A stretch of 64,000 bases of DNA. Source: an uncultured Candidatus Saccharibacteria bacterium. Lineage in GTDB: Bacteria > Patescibacteriota > Minisyncoccia > Phycocordibacterales > CAIZLB01. The translations under genes and the position numbers were made by a program. The stretch spans positions 19,689 through 83,688 of the forward strand of contig CAZVIP010000003.1 in the NCBI GenBank assembly GCA_964627085.1, read 5' to 3'. The notes beneath the pieces were generated by a model. It saw nothing but the letters and a program-made list of their open reading frames with translations, did not search any database and was not told the DNA's origin. This document shows, piece by piece, positions 30,409 to 40,037 of the stretch. Every line of letters begins with the position of its first letter. Position 1 is the stretch's first letter.

Positions 30409-30969
30409 TGTATCAGATAATCGCCCGACTGTGGATGTGCATTGCTTTATTGCAAAAAATCCACGGAGGGAGGAAAGTCCGAACACAGCCTTTGTGATGA
30501 TTTATGTAGCGAGCAGCAACTTTGCAACATATTGAACAAAGGAGAAAGGTAGCAGGTAATACCTGTCTGTCCCCTTTTCACTCTGATTATCATTTGAGCA
30601 AGGCAACTTCTCAAACAATCAAAGTGCACTGGGCAAACAAGAGGTGCGAGCAGTGACGCCTGGAGCGAAAGCAAGAGGTATCTCTTTATCCAAAAACATA
30701 TAGCAATATATACAAAGTAGATTTAGAGATAAATCCCTATGGCGACATAGAGAGTGAAACGGCAAAATCCTTACCCCTGTGCAAGTCCGTGCCTGAAGCA
30801 GCCTTGGATTACCACGTGTATGTCCAATGCCGCCTTGTGGAGTGACGCAAAGAATTGCATGGCGATATGCAATCAAGATGAATGATTGTCGCCTTTTTCA
30901 GATTTGTCTTCATCGCAAGATCTAGATTATTTTTTTGAGAAAGAGTACAGAATTCGGCTTATAGATACA
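30409..30969 (+). ncRNA. rnpB: RNase P RNA (expanded, ~560 nt)
   Basis: GAGGAAAGTCC 30470-30480, AGAGTGAAACGGC, TGCAAG, ACAGAATTCGGCTTA 30947-30961; P1 TGTATC/GATACA; TATAAT upstream; terminator 30971-31010. Confidence 0.95.
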
Positions 30970-31222
30970 ACAAAACACCAACTCAGAAATGGGGTGGTGT
31001 TTTGTTTTTTGTTTTATGATTTATGGTAATAAATAATTTCCGCAATTCGCAAAATGCGCGATCACCCCACCCCTATCGCCCAATATTGCCTTTTGCATAT
31101 TTTGGAATACTATATACACGGAAAATTCCATTCACGAGGTTTGGGTTAGTGTCAGGCAAAATACTTTGTCCCCTACTCACCTCAATCAGCACAACACGGC
31201 GAGAGCCAAACCACAATTGAAT

Positions 31223-32086
31223 ATGAAACCGCACACTATTAACCCAAAACTCCGCTATGCATGCATTGCTCGTGCAGAAATTGCTGCGAACCTAGCTCAA
31301 AAGAAAACTCGAACCAGCAGAGAAAATGCATGGAAAAACATCTGCCGCGACATTCGTCGAGGGCGCTCGACATTCGGAGACCCACAAAACCCTCTGCTCG
31401 ACAAGCTCATCTTGTCTCTTGGGCAGAGCGTTTTGCACAAACCTGACTTACTTGGAAGCATAGTAGAGAGGGCCAAAAGAAATATTACCGCCCTGCAAGA
31501 AGCTGGCAACACCGTGGTCTTCGTCGTCGAATATGAAGAAAAAGGTGCGAGGCTCGCATATATCGGGCCGTACGGAGGTGAAAGTCTCGGAAATCTTATG
31601 CCCAGCAATCCAGGAACACGCTCAGAGTTTCTTATATTTGCTGGTATCACTTCCGGTGATGCGAATGCTGTTGAAACCTTTGTCGATAGCATCTTGCCCC
31701 GAAAACCAAAAAGTGCCGCGGAGTTGATGGCAATTCCGGGTAGCCCTGAACCAGCAGTCGAACTACCATTTCAAAAATTCGTCATGGTGGACACAGGCAA
31801 ATTCATGTGCACAGATTCAGATGGACTATCTCCAGTGCAGGATGGGCCATGCCTAGTGGATCCAGAGCATGCTGAACAGTTGCGTCCAGCCCTGCTAGGC
31901 CTCGGATTACGTGATTTCGAAGTGTATATCTGGGGAAGCTGCTTATGCTGGGACGACTTATCCAAAAACGACCAGAACGGCTTAGTTATCAAAAACGTGC
32001 AGTCTGAACGGCTCCAGCAACGCCTCGGAGATATCCGCCTTGCATTACAGAGCCTCGGTTGGGGTCTGGAAACTGCCCCAGCATAA
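31223..32086 (+). CDS. Hypothetical protein
   Basis: ~287-aa ORF with own promoter (TTGCCT...TACTAT ~31087-31112) and terminator ~32110-32148. Confidence 0.7.
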   Translation: MKPHTINPKLRYACIARAEIAANLAQKKTRTSRENAWKNICRDIRRGRSTFGDPQNPLLDKLILSLGQSVLHKPDLLGSIVERAKRNITALQEAGNTVVFVVEYEEKGARLAYIGPYGGESLGNLMPSNPGTRSEFLIFAGITSGDANAVETFVDSILPRKPKSAAELMAIPGSPEPAVELPFQKFVMVDTGKFMCTDSDGLSPVQDGPCLVDPEHAEQLRPALLGLGLRDFEVYIWGSCLCWDDLSKNDQNGLVIKNVQSERLQQRLGDIRLALQSLGWGLETAPA

Positions 32087-32190
32087 AGTAATTTGTGCAC
32101 AAAAAATCAAAAAGGGCTCCGCATTTTGTTGCGGGGCCCTCTTTTTTTATACTTTATATTTTTTCAAACCACATTAACTAGACCCTCAAA

Positions 32191-34623
32191 CTACTTCTGC
32201 TCTGTCTGAACAACGATATCGTCGATTGTACATACACCGCCGGCACATGCGAGCTCAGCTTTGACATCAGTCTGGTCTTGTCTTTCGTAGATGACGATTT
32301 TTGAGAAGTCTACATTTTCCCATCGCTTTGAGAGTTCTTCATATGTTTCTTTTGTGCAAGTCTCATACGGAGCTAGCTGATAGACATGATTTGATCTTGG
32401 GAGGAAAGAGAGTCCACCAGCATATTCCCAGTTCTTGTAAATCCAGTTTGCAACTTCGAGCCATTCATCATCACCGATAGAAACAGTTACTGAAGGATTG
32501 TGCTCTGTATAATTTAATTTTACATTTTTCCAGAATTCGAGCTGATCGATAGCTGTGAGGTCATCCTTGAAGATTGAATTCTTTGGAGCCTTTGCTGGGA
32601 AATCAATTACATATGTAGTTGCATTATCAGCGTTCTGCCCTACTTCTGGATGATATGGCACCTGCTGATCTTTGAGCATTTTGAAAAGTGCATCAGTAGA
32701 TGAGATACGAACTCGTCTGATGTAATATTCTGAATGTCTTGCATGCATACCAGATGAACAATCCACTGTCTGAGAAAGGTTTCCTGATGGCTTCACCGTT
32801 GTGATAGCAGCTGATGCGTTGATACCGAATCTTTTAGCATACAATTTATTGACCCTGATTGCTTCTTCGCGGAGAGCTCGGAGTACTTCAGGCTTTCGAG
32901 CATTTGGTGAATCCCACATACCTGTGATAGATACTCCAAGGAGGGCTTCTTCTTCACAGTTCTTTTTCCATTCTGGAGAAAGATACATGAAATCTGTAAA
33001 TGTCGCTTGGTATGTACCGATAATTGTTGCGATGCGGATTTTTCTCTTGAGTGATTCGAGTGTGTCTTCGTGACGAGCAACTACTTCTGTGAGGTTACAG
33101 AATTGTTTTGGTCGAAGGATAATTTCTCCACAAGGGTTTGTACCGAACTTATCCATAAATCCTTCTGAGATTTTTAGTCGTCTCTCTGGAAGCTGAACAG
33201 AAAGTCCGCCTCGGTTGAAGATCCCTCTTTCTCCTGAACCTGATTTCATAAGGGCTACCCATTCCTCCATAAACTGTTCGAGTGAAGGTTTCTGAGTGTA
33301 TACCGCAGAGTTATTTGCGAGAGCTCGCTGTGGCTCTGACATCCAGAACTGACCCTTCTTTGAGTCTCGGATACCTCCATCATTGAGATCAGAAAGTGAG
33401 ATAAGAGCTGTTCGTCTTACACCACCTGAAACAACACCCATACCGATCTGACAAATAATATCGTGCACATCGAGGTTTGAAAGGTGCTGACCTTGTCTTG
33501 AGAGAATCTTTGCGCGTGTGAAATCGTGGATTTGTTTGAGTGGGTCTGGACCTGAACTCTTTCCTCCTGTTGTCTTGAGGCGTGCTCCTGCTGGTCTTAG
33601 TTTTGAATAATCAAATCGTACATCGATACCGTTGAAAAGTTGCTCCATACCATATGACATAGAATCTGACCATCCCTCTCGACTATCTTCGATGACATAG
33701 TCCACAACTTTACCAGTCTGATTTTTGATCTGTGGCAAAGCCTGTGCACTGTAACTTTCAGCAGAAAAACCTACACCTGTACCTGACATAGAAAGGAACA
33801 TGATTTCTGCAAAATCCTGGAATGACTGAGGTGCGGTAAATGAACAGTTGTATGCACATGCATGGTTGCGTCTTGCTGCAGGACCAGCGAATTGCAAAAG
33901 TCTCATTGATGGCATTGCTTCATGTTTGAAAATACCCTCTCGAACTTCTGAATATTCTTTTTCTGTAAGCTTATTGCCGAGATTTTCTCGCATGAAATCA
34001 ACATATCTTGCAACTGTCTCTGTCCAAGTTTCGCGTCGGCCCTCTTCTTCAATCCATCTTGAATATGTTCGATAGTAAATAAATTCTCCGAGTGAGTTTC
34101 GGAATGCTTTTTTACTTTCTTCGGCAAGTGCTCGAACTTTTTCTGGGACCTCAATACTTCGCTCTCGAAGCTTGGCATGTTCTGCTCGGTATAGAATGTA
34201 TGCCTTTGCAGTTTTTGCATATTCACCCAAGATGAGTGCTTGCTCGATTTCATCTTGTATACCCTCTACTGTTGGAATAAAATTTTTGTATTTCTTAGAA
34301 ATTCGTACAAGGTCAGCATATACATTGTTTGCGACAATTTCTGCCTCTCGAAGTGAACCCTCACCTGTTGAAAGCATTGCTTTGTAGATTGCATTTACTG
34401 CGCGGTCGAGATCAAAGTCGACAATCATACCATTTCGTTTCACTACTTTTTTAATCAAAAAGTTTTTCTTCTTTTCAACTTTTGAAGCGTGATCGATAGT
34501 GCTTGAGACAGTCTGTGTTTCTGGTTTTTCTGAAACCTTAGTCTGTGGAGCCTTTTTTGCTACTACAGTTTTTTTGATTTCAACTTTGTTTTTGTCGCTT
34601 TTTTTATTGTTTGATCGAGCCAT
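32191..34623 (-). CDS. nrdJ: Class II (AdoCbl-dependent) ribonucleotide reductase, RTPR type, with ATP-cone
   Basis: ATP cone VVKRNG; PSMR, AYNC, GTGVG, TNPCGEI, FCNL, VKPSG; C-terminal CAGGVC. Confidence 0.95.
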   Translation of the reverse strand: MARSNNKKSDKNKVEIKKTVVAKKAPQTKVSEKPETQTVSSTIDHASKVEKKKNFLIKKVVKRNGMIVDFDLDRAVNAIYKAMLSTGEGSLREAEIVANNVYADLVRISKKYKNFIPTVEGIQDEIEQALILGEYAKTAKAYILYRAEHAKLRERSIEVPEKVRALAEESKKAFRNSLGEFIYYRTYSRWIEEEGRRETWTETVARYVDFMRENLGNKLTEKEYSEVREGIFKHEAMPSMRLLQFAGPAARRNHACAYNCSFTAPQSFQDFAEIMFLSMSGTGVGFSAESYSAQALPQIKNQTGKVVDYVIEDSREGWSDSMSYGMEQLFNGIDVRFDYSKLRPAGARLKTTGGKSSGPDPLKQIHDFTRAKILSRQGQHLSNLDVHDIICQIGMGVVSGGVRRTALISLSDLNDGGIRDSKKGQFWMSEPQRALANNSAVYTQKPSLEQFMEEWVALMKSGSGERGIFNRGGLSVQLPERRLKISEGFMDKFGTNPCGEIILRPKQFCNLTEVVARHEDTLESLKRKIRIATIIGTYQATFTDFMYLSPEWKKNCEEEALLGVSITGMWDSPNARKPEVLRALREEAIRVNKLYAKRFGINASAAITTVKPSGNLSQTVDCSSGMHARHSEYYIRRVRISSTDALFKMLKDQQVPYHPEVGQNADNATTYVIDFPAKAPKNSIFKDDLTAIDQLEFWKNVKLNYTEHNPSVTVSIGDDEWLEVANWIYKNWEYAGGLSFLPRSNHVYQLAPYETCTKETYEELSKRWENVDFSKIVIYERQDQTDVKAELACAGGVCTIDDIVVQTEQK

Positions 34624-34891
34624 GGATTTGTACGGATTTTCTAATTAAATAATATTTCAACAAAGTATCGAGGGACTCCTAGAGAGCGCATGGGTATATA
34701 TGCGCTAACTGGGTAGAGATAGATGCTTTGTATGCACATAATTTTACTCTCTTTCTCGGAAAAGGGGCTGTGGATATCCTCAAATTTTGCTCAAATAAAG
34801 TGTCATGAAATACCTAGCCGAGGTTGTAAATATCAGTGTTCTAGGAGGGCTTAAATTTTAGGTGAAAAGAGACTCTTTATCCAAAATTATT

Positions 34892-35476
34892 TTATTTTGA
34901 AAATATCTTCGGGATATCACTCAGTAAATCACCGACTTTTAGGTTATTTTCAGCAGCGGCCCCAGCAGGGATCTCGATAACATATCGAGAAAGTTCAGGT
35001 GCCTGATATGTTGTTGGATATGAATCAGGCCTTGCTCCAGAGACTATATATGTGACCTTGCCTGCGGAATTAACCCAGATCATATCGATATCAAATGACA
35101 TATCTTTCATCCAAAATGGATAGTAGTTGTCTTTTTGGAAGGCAAATATCATTCCATTGTTTTTCTCAAGACCTGTGCGGTAGCTAAGGCCGAGCTCTTG
35201 CAGTTCGTGTGAATCTGCAATCTGCATATCAAACTGACTGTCACCTAGAGCAAACCTTGTCTTTTTGTACTGACTTTGGAAGTAGCCCGATTTAACTTTT
35301 TCTTCAGTAGTGAGACTGTTTGCAGGAAGCGCCACTGAGCGAGTGTCCTCAGTTATATATGTATGCAAGGCAATTCTCACGGCACGATAAGTTATATAAC
35401 AGACTGACACAAAAAGAATGAAACAAAGCGTCATTAGCATGACTCTTCTTTTATATATATTTTCCTTATTTTTCAT
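34892..35476 (-). CDS. DUF192 family protein
   Basis: IAD...ELGLSYR, GMIF, FWMKDMSFDIDMIW, YVIEIPAG. Confidence 0.9.
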   Translation of the reverse strand: MKNKENIYKRRVMLMTLCFILFVSVCYITYRAVRIALHTYITEDTRSVALPANSLTTEEKVKSGYFQSQYKKTRFALGDSQFDMQIADSHELQELGLSYRTGLEKNNGMIFAFQKDNYYPFWMKDMSFDIDMIWVNSAGKVTYIVSGARPDSYPTTYQAPELSRYVIEIPAGAAAENNLKVGDLLSDIPKIFSK

Positions 35477-35500
35477 CACTTAGTAGATTAGTTTGAAGGA

Positions 35501-36106
35501 TTACTTCACTAGTGAACGACCGATTTGTTCTACTTTTTTGAGAAAAGCTTCTTTGTCCCCTTCAGATCTCCAGGTCTTTTTGTCGAGCACTTTGAATGCA
35601 CGAGTTTTCATTCCACAGTAGCCGATGATTGCGAATTGCCAGATTAGGCGAAACGGCTGAGCCATGAGTGTGTATAAAAACATCGATCCATCACATGTGA
35701 TAAAGACTGATGCAGTCTTCCCTTTGAGGAGCCCAACTAATTTTCCATTCACATACTGAAAGGCAAAATGTGCAGAAATATTTTGATCAAGGAAGTTCTT
35801 CATAATCGCCGGTGCACCGAGCCACCAAAGCGGATGAATAAATACAAGTTCATCTGCCGAAGATATTTTTGCCTGGATTGCAGTTCGGGCCGCATCCGGT
35901 GCAATGTCTCGAGGTGTTTCAAAAGTAAGGAAGGGTTGTTTCAAATCTGTTTTGTAAAGGTCAAGTATTTCTGCAGTACCCCCAGCACTCTCAAGCCCCA
36001 GCTTATACCTCTCTGCAATCTTATGTGTAAATCCAAGAGAGCTCGGATGAGCAGTGATGATAAGGGCGTGCTTTGTTTTCTTGATTTCAGTGTTTGTATT
36101 TTCCAT
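35501..36106 (-). CDS. NAD(P)H-dependent oxidoreductase (flavodoxin-like fold)
   Basis: IITAHP, LDLY, HPLWWLGAPAIMKNFLD. Confidence 0.9.
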   Translation of the reverse strand: MENTNTEIKKTKHALIITAHPSSLGFTHKIAERYKLGLESAGGTAEILDLYKTDLKQPFLTFETPRDIAPDAARTAIQAKISSADELVFIHPLWWLGAPAIMKNFLDQNISAHFAFQYVNGKLVGLLKGKTASVFITCDGSMFLYTLMAQPFRLIWQFAIIGYCGMKTRAFKVLDKKTWRSEGDKEAFLKKVEQIGRSLVK

Positions 36107-36248
36107 ATTGTTAGATTATACATGAAAAAACACCCCACATACATTAGCGTGTGGAGTGTTTTTCTTTTAGCTTATTTATGCGCACCGAGACATAAAGTCA
36201 TAAATGCTATGCAAATAAACCTAACTAACAAGTACTCGTCTTTGAAGA

Positions 36249-36893
36249 TTAAGCCTTGAAATTTCGCTTGACGTCTCGTGCAATTGATTTTGCATCTTCA
36301 CCCAAAGTGACAAAGAGCCACATACCAATAACTGATCCAACGATTGGACCAATAACTGTAGCCCAAGATGTCAGACTAAGACCAAATGCAACCGCCGGGT
36401 TAAGCACTGCAGAGTCACCACTGTTACCAAGGAGTAGCATTGATGCAACAAGACCGAGGAAAAGTGAAAGACCAACAACAAATCCAGATGCAGCTGATTC
36501 AACCTTCTTGAAAGCAACACTAGCCACACCGTATGAGAAGATAATCATACCCAAGACTTCTGCAAGGAATAGTTTCCATGACCAAACAGATTCTACGGCT
36601 GTAGGAGATGCGATCTTTGAATAATACAAAACACCAACAGCAACTGATGCACCGGCAAGCTGAGCGACGATATAGTAAAGCGCTCGAAGTGGTGTGATTT
36701 TGTTTACTGAAAGCGCACCGAGAGTGATAGCTGGGTTAATATGTGCACCGCTCACATGTCCAAAACCATACACAACGTACATAAGTACGAATGCAGCCAT
36801 AACAGCTCCAATCCATGGACCAAGGGTAGCACCCATGATGAGGACGAGAGTAAGTAAACATGTTCCGATCGCTTCTGCAATATAAGATTTCAT
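36249..36893 (-). CDS. Aquaporin (MIP family)
   Basis: AEAIGT, SGAHINPA, AEVLG, LNPA. Confidence 0.93.
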   Translation of the reverse strand: MKSYIAEAIGTCLLTLVLIMGATLGPWIGAVMAAFVLMYVVYGFGHVSGAHINPAITLGALSVNKITPLRALYYIVAQLAGASVAVGVLYYSKIASPTAVESVWSWKLFLAEVLGMIIFSYGVASVAFKKVESAASGFVVGLSLFLGLVASMLLLGNSGDSAVLNPAVAFGLSLTSWATVIGPIVGSVIGMWLFVTLGEDAKSIARDVKRNFKA

Positions 36894-36934
36894 AGATTAA
36901 ATTGTTATCAAAAAGATATAAATAATGGTAATGG

Positions 36935-37282
36935 CTAAAGTATAGCACCTTTTTTGGCTTGTTTTAATAAATATACACTCTTGCCAAGACTGTTTTTGTG
37001 TTTTTCAAATATGACACCTTCTGTTTGTAGGAGCTCAATCTTTTTGGCGATGTCTCTTTTCCCTATAAATGTATACTCTCCCACCTCACCATTTGTCCGA
37101 ATAATGCGGTGGCATGGGATGATAATTGGCTTCTTATTTTTTCCGACAATTGTCGCAATGGCGCGGATTGCTCCAGGAAACCCTGTTCGCTTAGCCAGTT
37201 CACGATATGAAATAACCGAGCCCCTGCTGACTTTTTTTATTTCTGCATATATTTGTTCGGGGTCGATTTTTGTTTTAGTCAT
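36935..37282 (-). CDS. MGMT/Ogt-family methylated-DNA-protein-cysteine methyltransferase (C-terminal domain only)
   Basis: GSVISYRELA, RAIA, IIPCHRII; ATG 37282. Confidence 0.88.
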   Translation of the reverse strand: MTKTKIDPEQIYAEIKKVSRGSVISYRELAKRTGFPGAIRAIATIVGKNKKPIIIPCHRIIRTNGEVGEYTFIGKRDIAKKIELLQTEGVIFEKHKNSLGKSVYLLKQAKKGAIL

Positions 37283-37410
37283 TTTTTTGTTGTTTCTGTT
37301 GTTTTGTTTTTTTGCAAATCTATTTTTTTTGCGTATCAATGCCGTCGCAAATCACATATTCCCCATTTTATTTTAAATGCTAGAATAGCGCCATAGACGA
37401 AAAACACCAG

Positions 37411-37457
37411 GTGTCTCATGTGTCTTGTGTGTCTTGTGTACCTTGTGTGTCTTGTGT
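37411..37457. repeat. Short tandem repeat, ~5 copies of a 9-bp unit (GTGTCTTGT, imperfect)
   Basis: gtgtctcat gtgtcttgt gtgtcttgt gtaccttgt gtgtcttgt. Confidence 0.8.
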
Positions 37458-37515
37458 AAACTTTTTTTAGACAAGAAAATCAATGAGATAGGATCAAAAT
37501 AAAGAAATTACCAAC

Positions 37516-38208
37516 ATGCTCGAAACCCACATTAAATCTATAGAAAATTCCTGGAAAAAGATTTTTGATGAATTCTTTATGACGAATTCAGGTTTAGATA
37601 TTTTGAAAAATTTTGATAAAGAGATGGCCGTCGCACCCGAATCCACCCATCCAGCAAAAGAGTTTATTTTTCACGCCTTTAACCTCTGTCCTTTGCAAAA
37701 GACGAAAGTCATTATTCTCGGACAAGATCCATATCACGGCGAAGACCAAGCCATAGGTTTATCTTTTGCCGTACCCAATCACACAAAAATTCCGCCATCA
37801 CTTCAAAATATATTTAAAGAAATTGAAAATGATTTGCAGGTTGAGGTAGATAAAAAGAATGGCGACCTTTCTCGATGGGCAAACCAAGGTGTGCTTCTGC
37901 TAAATAGTGTTCTCTCAGTTCGCGGTGGATTACCTGGATCACATTCACATATTGGATGGGAACATTTTACAGATTACATAATCAAATATCTGAGCGATCA
38001 CACATCAGGGCTCGTCTTTTTGCTCTGGGGAAATTTTGCTAAAAAGAAAAAGTCGTTAATTGATGAGACAAAACATCTTGTACTAGAATCCGCGCACCCT
38101 TCACCACTATCCGCACATGGCAAAGAAGGTTTTTTCGGTAACCACCATTTTTCAAAGGCAAATAACTATTTGAAAGACATTGGTGCGAGTGAGATTGACT
38201 GGAAATAA
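37516..38208 (+). CDS. ung: Uracil-DNA glycosylase family 1
   Basis: GQDPYH, PPSLQNI, GVLLLN, HPSPLS. Confidence 0.97.
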   Translation: MLETHIKSIENSWKKIFDEFFMTNSGLDILKNFDKEMAVAPESTHPAKEFIFHAFNLCPLQKTKVIILGQDPYHGEDQAIGLSFAVPNHTKIPPSLQNIFKEIENDLQVEVDKKNGDLSRWANQGVLLLNSVLSVRGGLPGSHSHIGWEHFTDYIIKYLSDHTSGLVFLLWGNFAKKKKSLIDETKHLVLESAHPSPLSAHGKEGFFGNHHFSKANNYLKDIGASEIDWK

Positions 38209-38287
38209 TCTGTGAGGATGAAACTAAGCAACTATATTTTTTTTGAATAGACTCAGACTTATTAATTCATACATGAATGCTATCAAA

Positions 38288-38722
38288 TTACTTTTCTGTC
38301 TTATGGTGTTTTTTCATCTCCCTGCATGAGTTCTTTATCACAGCCTTAAGTACCATGAGATCAACATCCTCAATGCTTTTTATTGCTAAGCATGATTTTC
38401 CAGATAACTTGTACTTACCTAACTTTTCAATATCTTGTCTATACATTTCCCAGCCCATCATGTTGTAAAGTGTAAAACCACCAGATGAGACAGCAAATCC
38501 TGTTATGAGATATGTGTGCTCACCACCCTTACTATCTAAATAATGATATTTCCCAAAACCAAAAATCTTATTCCACATCACACAGGATGAGCCTGAAGCT
38601 TTTGAGTGCAGATCAACCAAAACCGATGCTTCGTTTTGCAATTTCTCTTTCCCTTTAAAGTTATTTTTTATATATTTTTCAGAGCTAATTGCTGTCGGCT
38701 GAGTTTTATTAGTATATGACAT
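38288..38722 (-). CDS. DUF1801-like protein
   Basis: NKTQPT, MWNKIFGFGKYHY, LGKYK..KSCLAIK. Confidence 0.8.
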   Translation of the reverse strand: MSYTNKTQPTAISSEKYIKNNFKGKEKLQNEASVLVDLHSKASGSSCVMWNKIFGFGKYHYLDSKGGEHTYLITGFAVSSGGFTLYNMMGWEMYRQDIEKLGKYKLSGKSCLAIKSIEDVDLMVLKAVIKNSCREMKKHHKTEK

Positions 38723-38783
38723 GTGTGGATTGTATCTTGATTAATTTACCGAAGATATAATATAAAAGATTGATTACAATTTA

Positions 38784-39239
38784 TTAATTCTTCTCAGCCA
38801 CCTCCTTTAGTTTTTCGAGAGCCTTAGGCCATGTAGCAACAAAATATTCATAATATTCATCGGTTGCATCCATGTCTAATGTAAACAAAGTTGATCCATC
38901 TCTTTCTTCAAAGGTGTAGTTCTCATAACTTGGTGCCCATTTTTTAACCTCTTCACTTGTTGTGTCTTCGATACTATTACTTACATAACCATTATGTTTA
39001 ATTGAAATATATTTAAATTGAATATTATCTGCTATCTCACTAACCATACCTCCTTCACCATTAGACTTTGGGTCTAGACCAAGAAAAAGAATCTTAGAAC
39101 CCTTGTTCCAATCACCTTTAAAATAAGAACCTGGACAAAAAGCCGATGTCCATTCCCTGTACTTATTTTCATCAGTGACAGCATCCCAAACTTTTTCTAC
39201 GCTAGCATTAATCCTTATGCTTAAATTTATTTTTTTCAT
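38784..39239 (-). CDS. SRPBCC/AHA1-domain protein
   Basis: INASVEKVWDA, YREWTSAF, WPKALEKLKE. Confidence 0.88.
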   Translation of the reverse strand: MKKINLSIRINASVEKVWDAVTDENKYREWTSAFCPGSYFKGDWNKGSKILFLGLDPKSNGEGGMVSEIADNIQFKYISIKHNGYVSNSIEDTTSEEVKKWAPSYENYTFEERDGSTLFTLDMDATDEYYEYFVATWPKALEKLKEVAEKN

Positions 39240-39279
39240 ATTATTTTATTATGTTTATTTTGATTATTACTGAACGACT

Positions 39280-39678
39280 TTAATTTTTACTTTTGCGCTT
39301 ATCAGTACTTATACCCAACACCTCTGCAATCTTCTCCATTTTTTTACCCCTTGCAAGATCGTCAACAAGTTTATCTAAGTACCGCACCTTTTTGGTCAAT
39401 CGGTTATCGATCTCCTCAATCCTATAACCACATATCGACCCGGTTATATTTTTTGCATTTGGATTTAAATTGGCCTCTTCAAAAAAGCCCTTAAATGTAA
39501 TCTTTTGATCAATTAATTCACCTACTCTTTTTTTATTAAAACCAGTCAACCACTCAATCACCTGACACAACTCTTCCTTTGTTCTACCCTTCTTTTCAAC
39601 CTTTTCCACATAGCACGGATAAACAGAGGCAAAAACCATCTTAGCCATTCTATCGTTATGTTCCTTTGTAATTTTCAT
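39280..39678 (-). CDS. DUF2200 family protein
   Basis: FASVYP.YVEKVEKKGRTKEEL..VIEWLTG, ICGYRIEEI, RYLDKLVD.LA.GK. Confidence 0.9.
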   Translation of the reverse strand: MKITKEHNDRMAKMVFASVYPCYVEKVEKKGRTKEELCQVIEWLTGFNKKRVGELIDQKITFKGFFEEANLNPNAKNITGSICGYRIEEIDNRLTKKVRYLDKLVDDLARGKKMEKIAEVLGISTDKRKSKN

Positions 39679-39785
39679 ATCTTACTTTTACCCAGTATTG
39701 TATCTGGATTATAGAGTTATTATGTAATAATTTTCTCATATTCCACGAAAACTTGTCTACAAAACTATTTTATCATTTTATTTTG

Positions 39786-39872
39786 CGGAGAGAGGGAGAT
39801 TCGAACTCCCGGTACCCTTTCGAATACGCCACCTTTCCAAGGTGGTACATTAGACCGCTCTGCCATCTCTCC
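39786..39872 (-). tRNA. tRNA-Ser(GGA)
   Basis: GGAGAGATGGCAGAGCGGTCTAATG..CCACC-TTGGAAA-GGTGG, long variable arm, GTTCGAATC. Confidence 0.96.
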
Positions 39873-40037
39873 AATATATTTGATTTCACCCCTGTTTTGT
39901 TGCGCAGGCAAATATTCGTACATCTGCATTTTATACACCAAAACACATTAAGTTTATATCACATTTTTCTATAATTTTACTAAAGGAAAAATTAATGTTT
40001 ATTTGATACTCTTTTTCCATAAATTTAATGTGGCCTA

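Noticed and set aside
30447-30876. Minus-strand ORFs of 75 and 85 aa
   Set aside because: They lie inside the RNase P RNA gene
32191-34623. Intein or intron in nrdJ
   Set aside because: Continuous ORF of ordinary length once the ATP-cone and basic tail are counted; no splice-junction motifs noticed
34624-34890. Cobalamin riboswitch or NrdR boxes upstream of nrdJ
   Set aside because: Conserved B12-box and tandem NrdR palindromes are not recognisable
37411-37457. CRISPR array
   Set aside because: 9-bp contiguous units with no spacers
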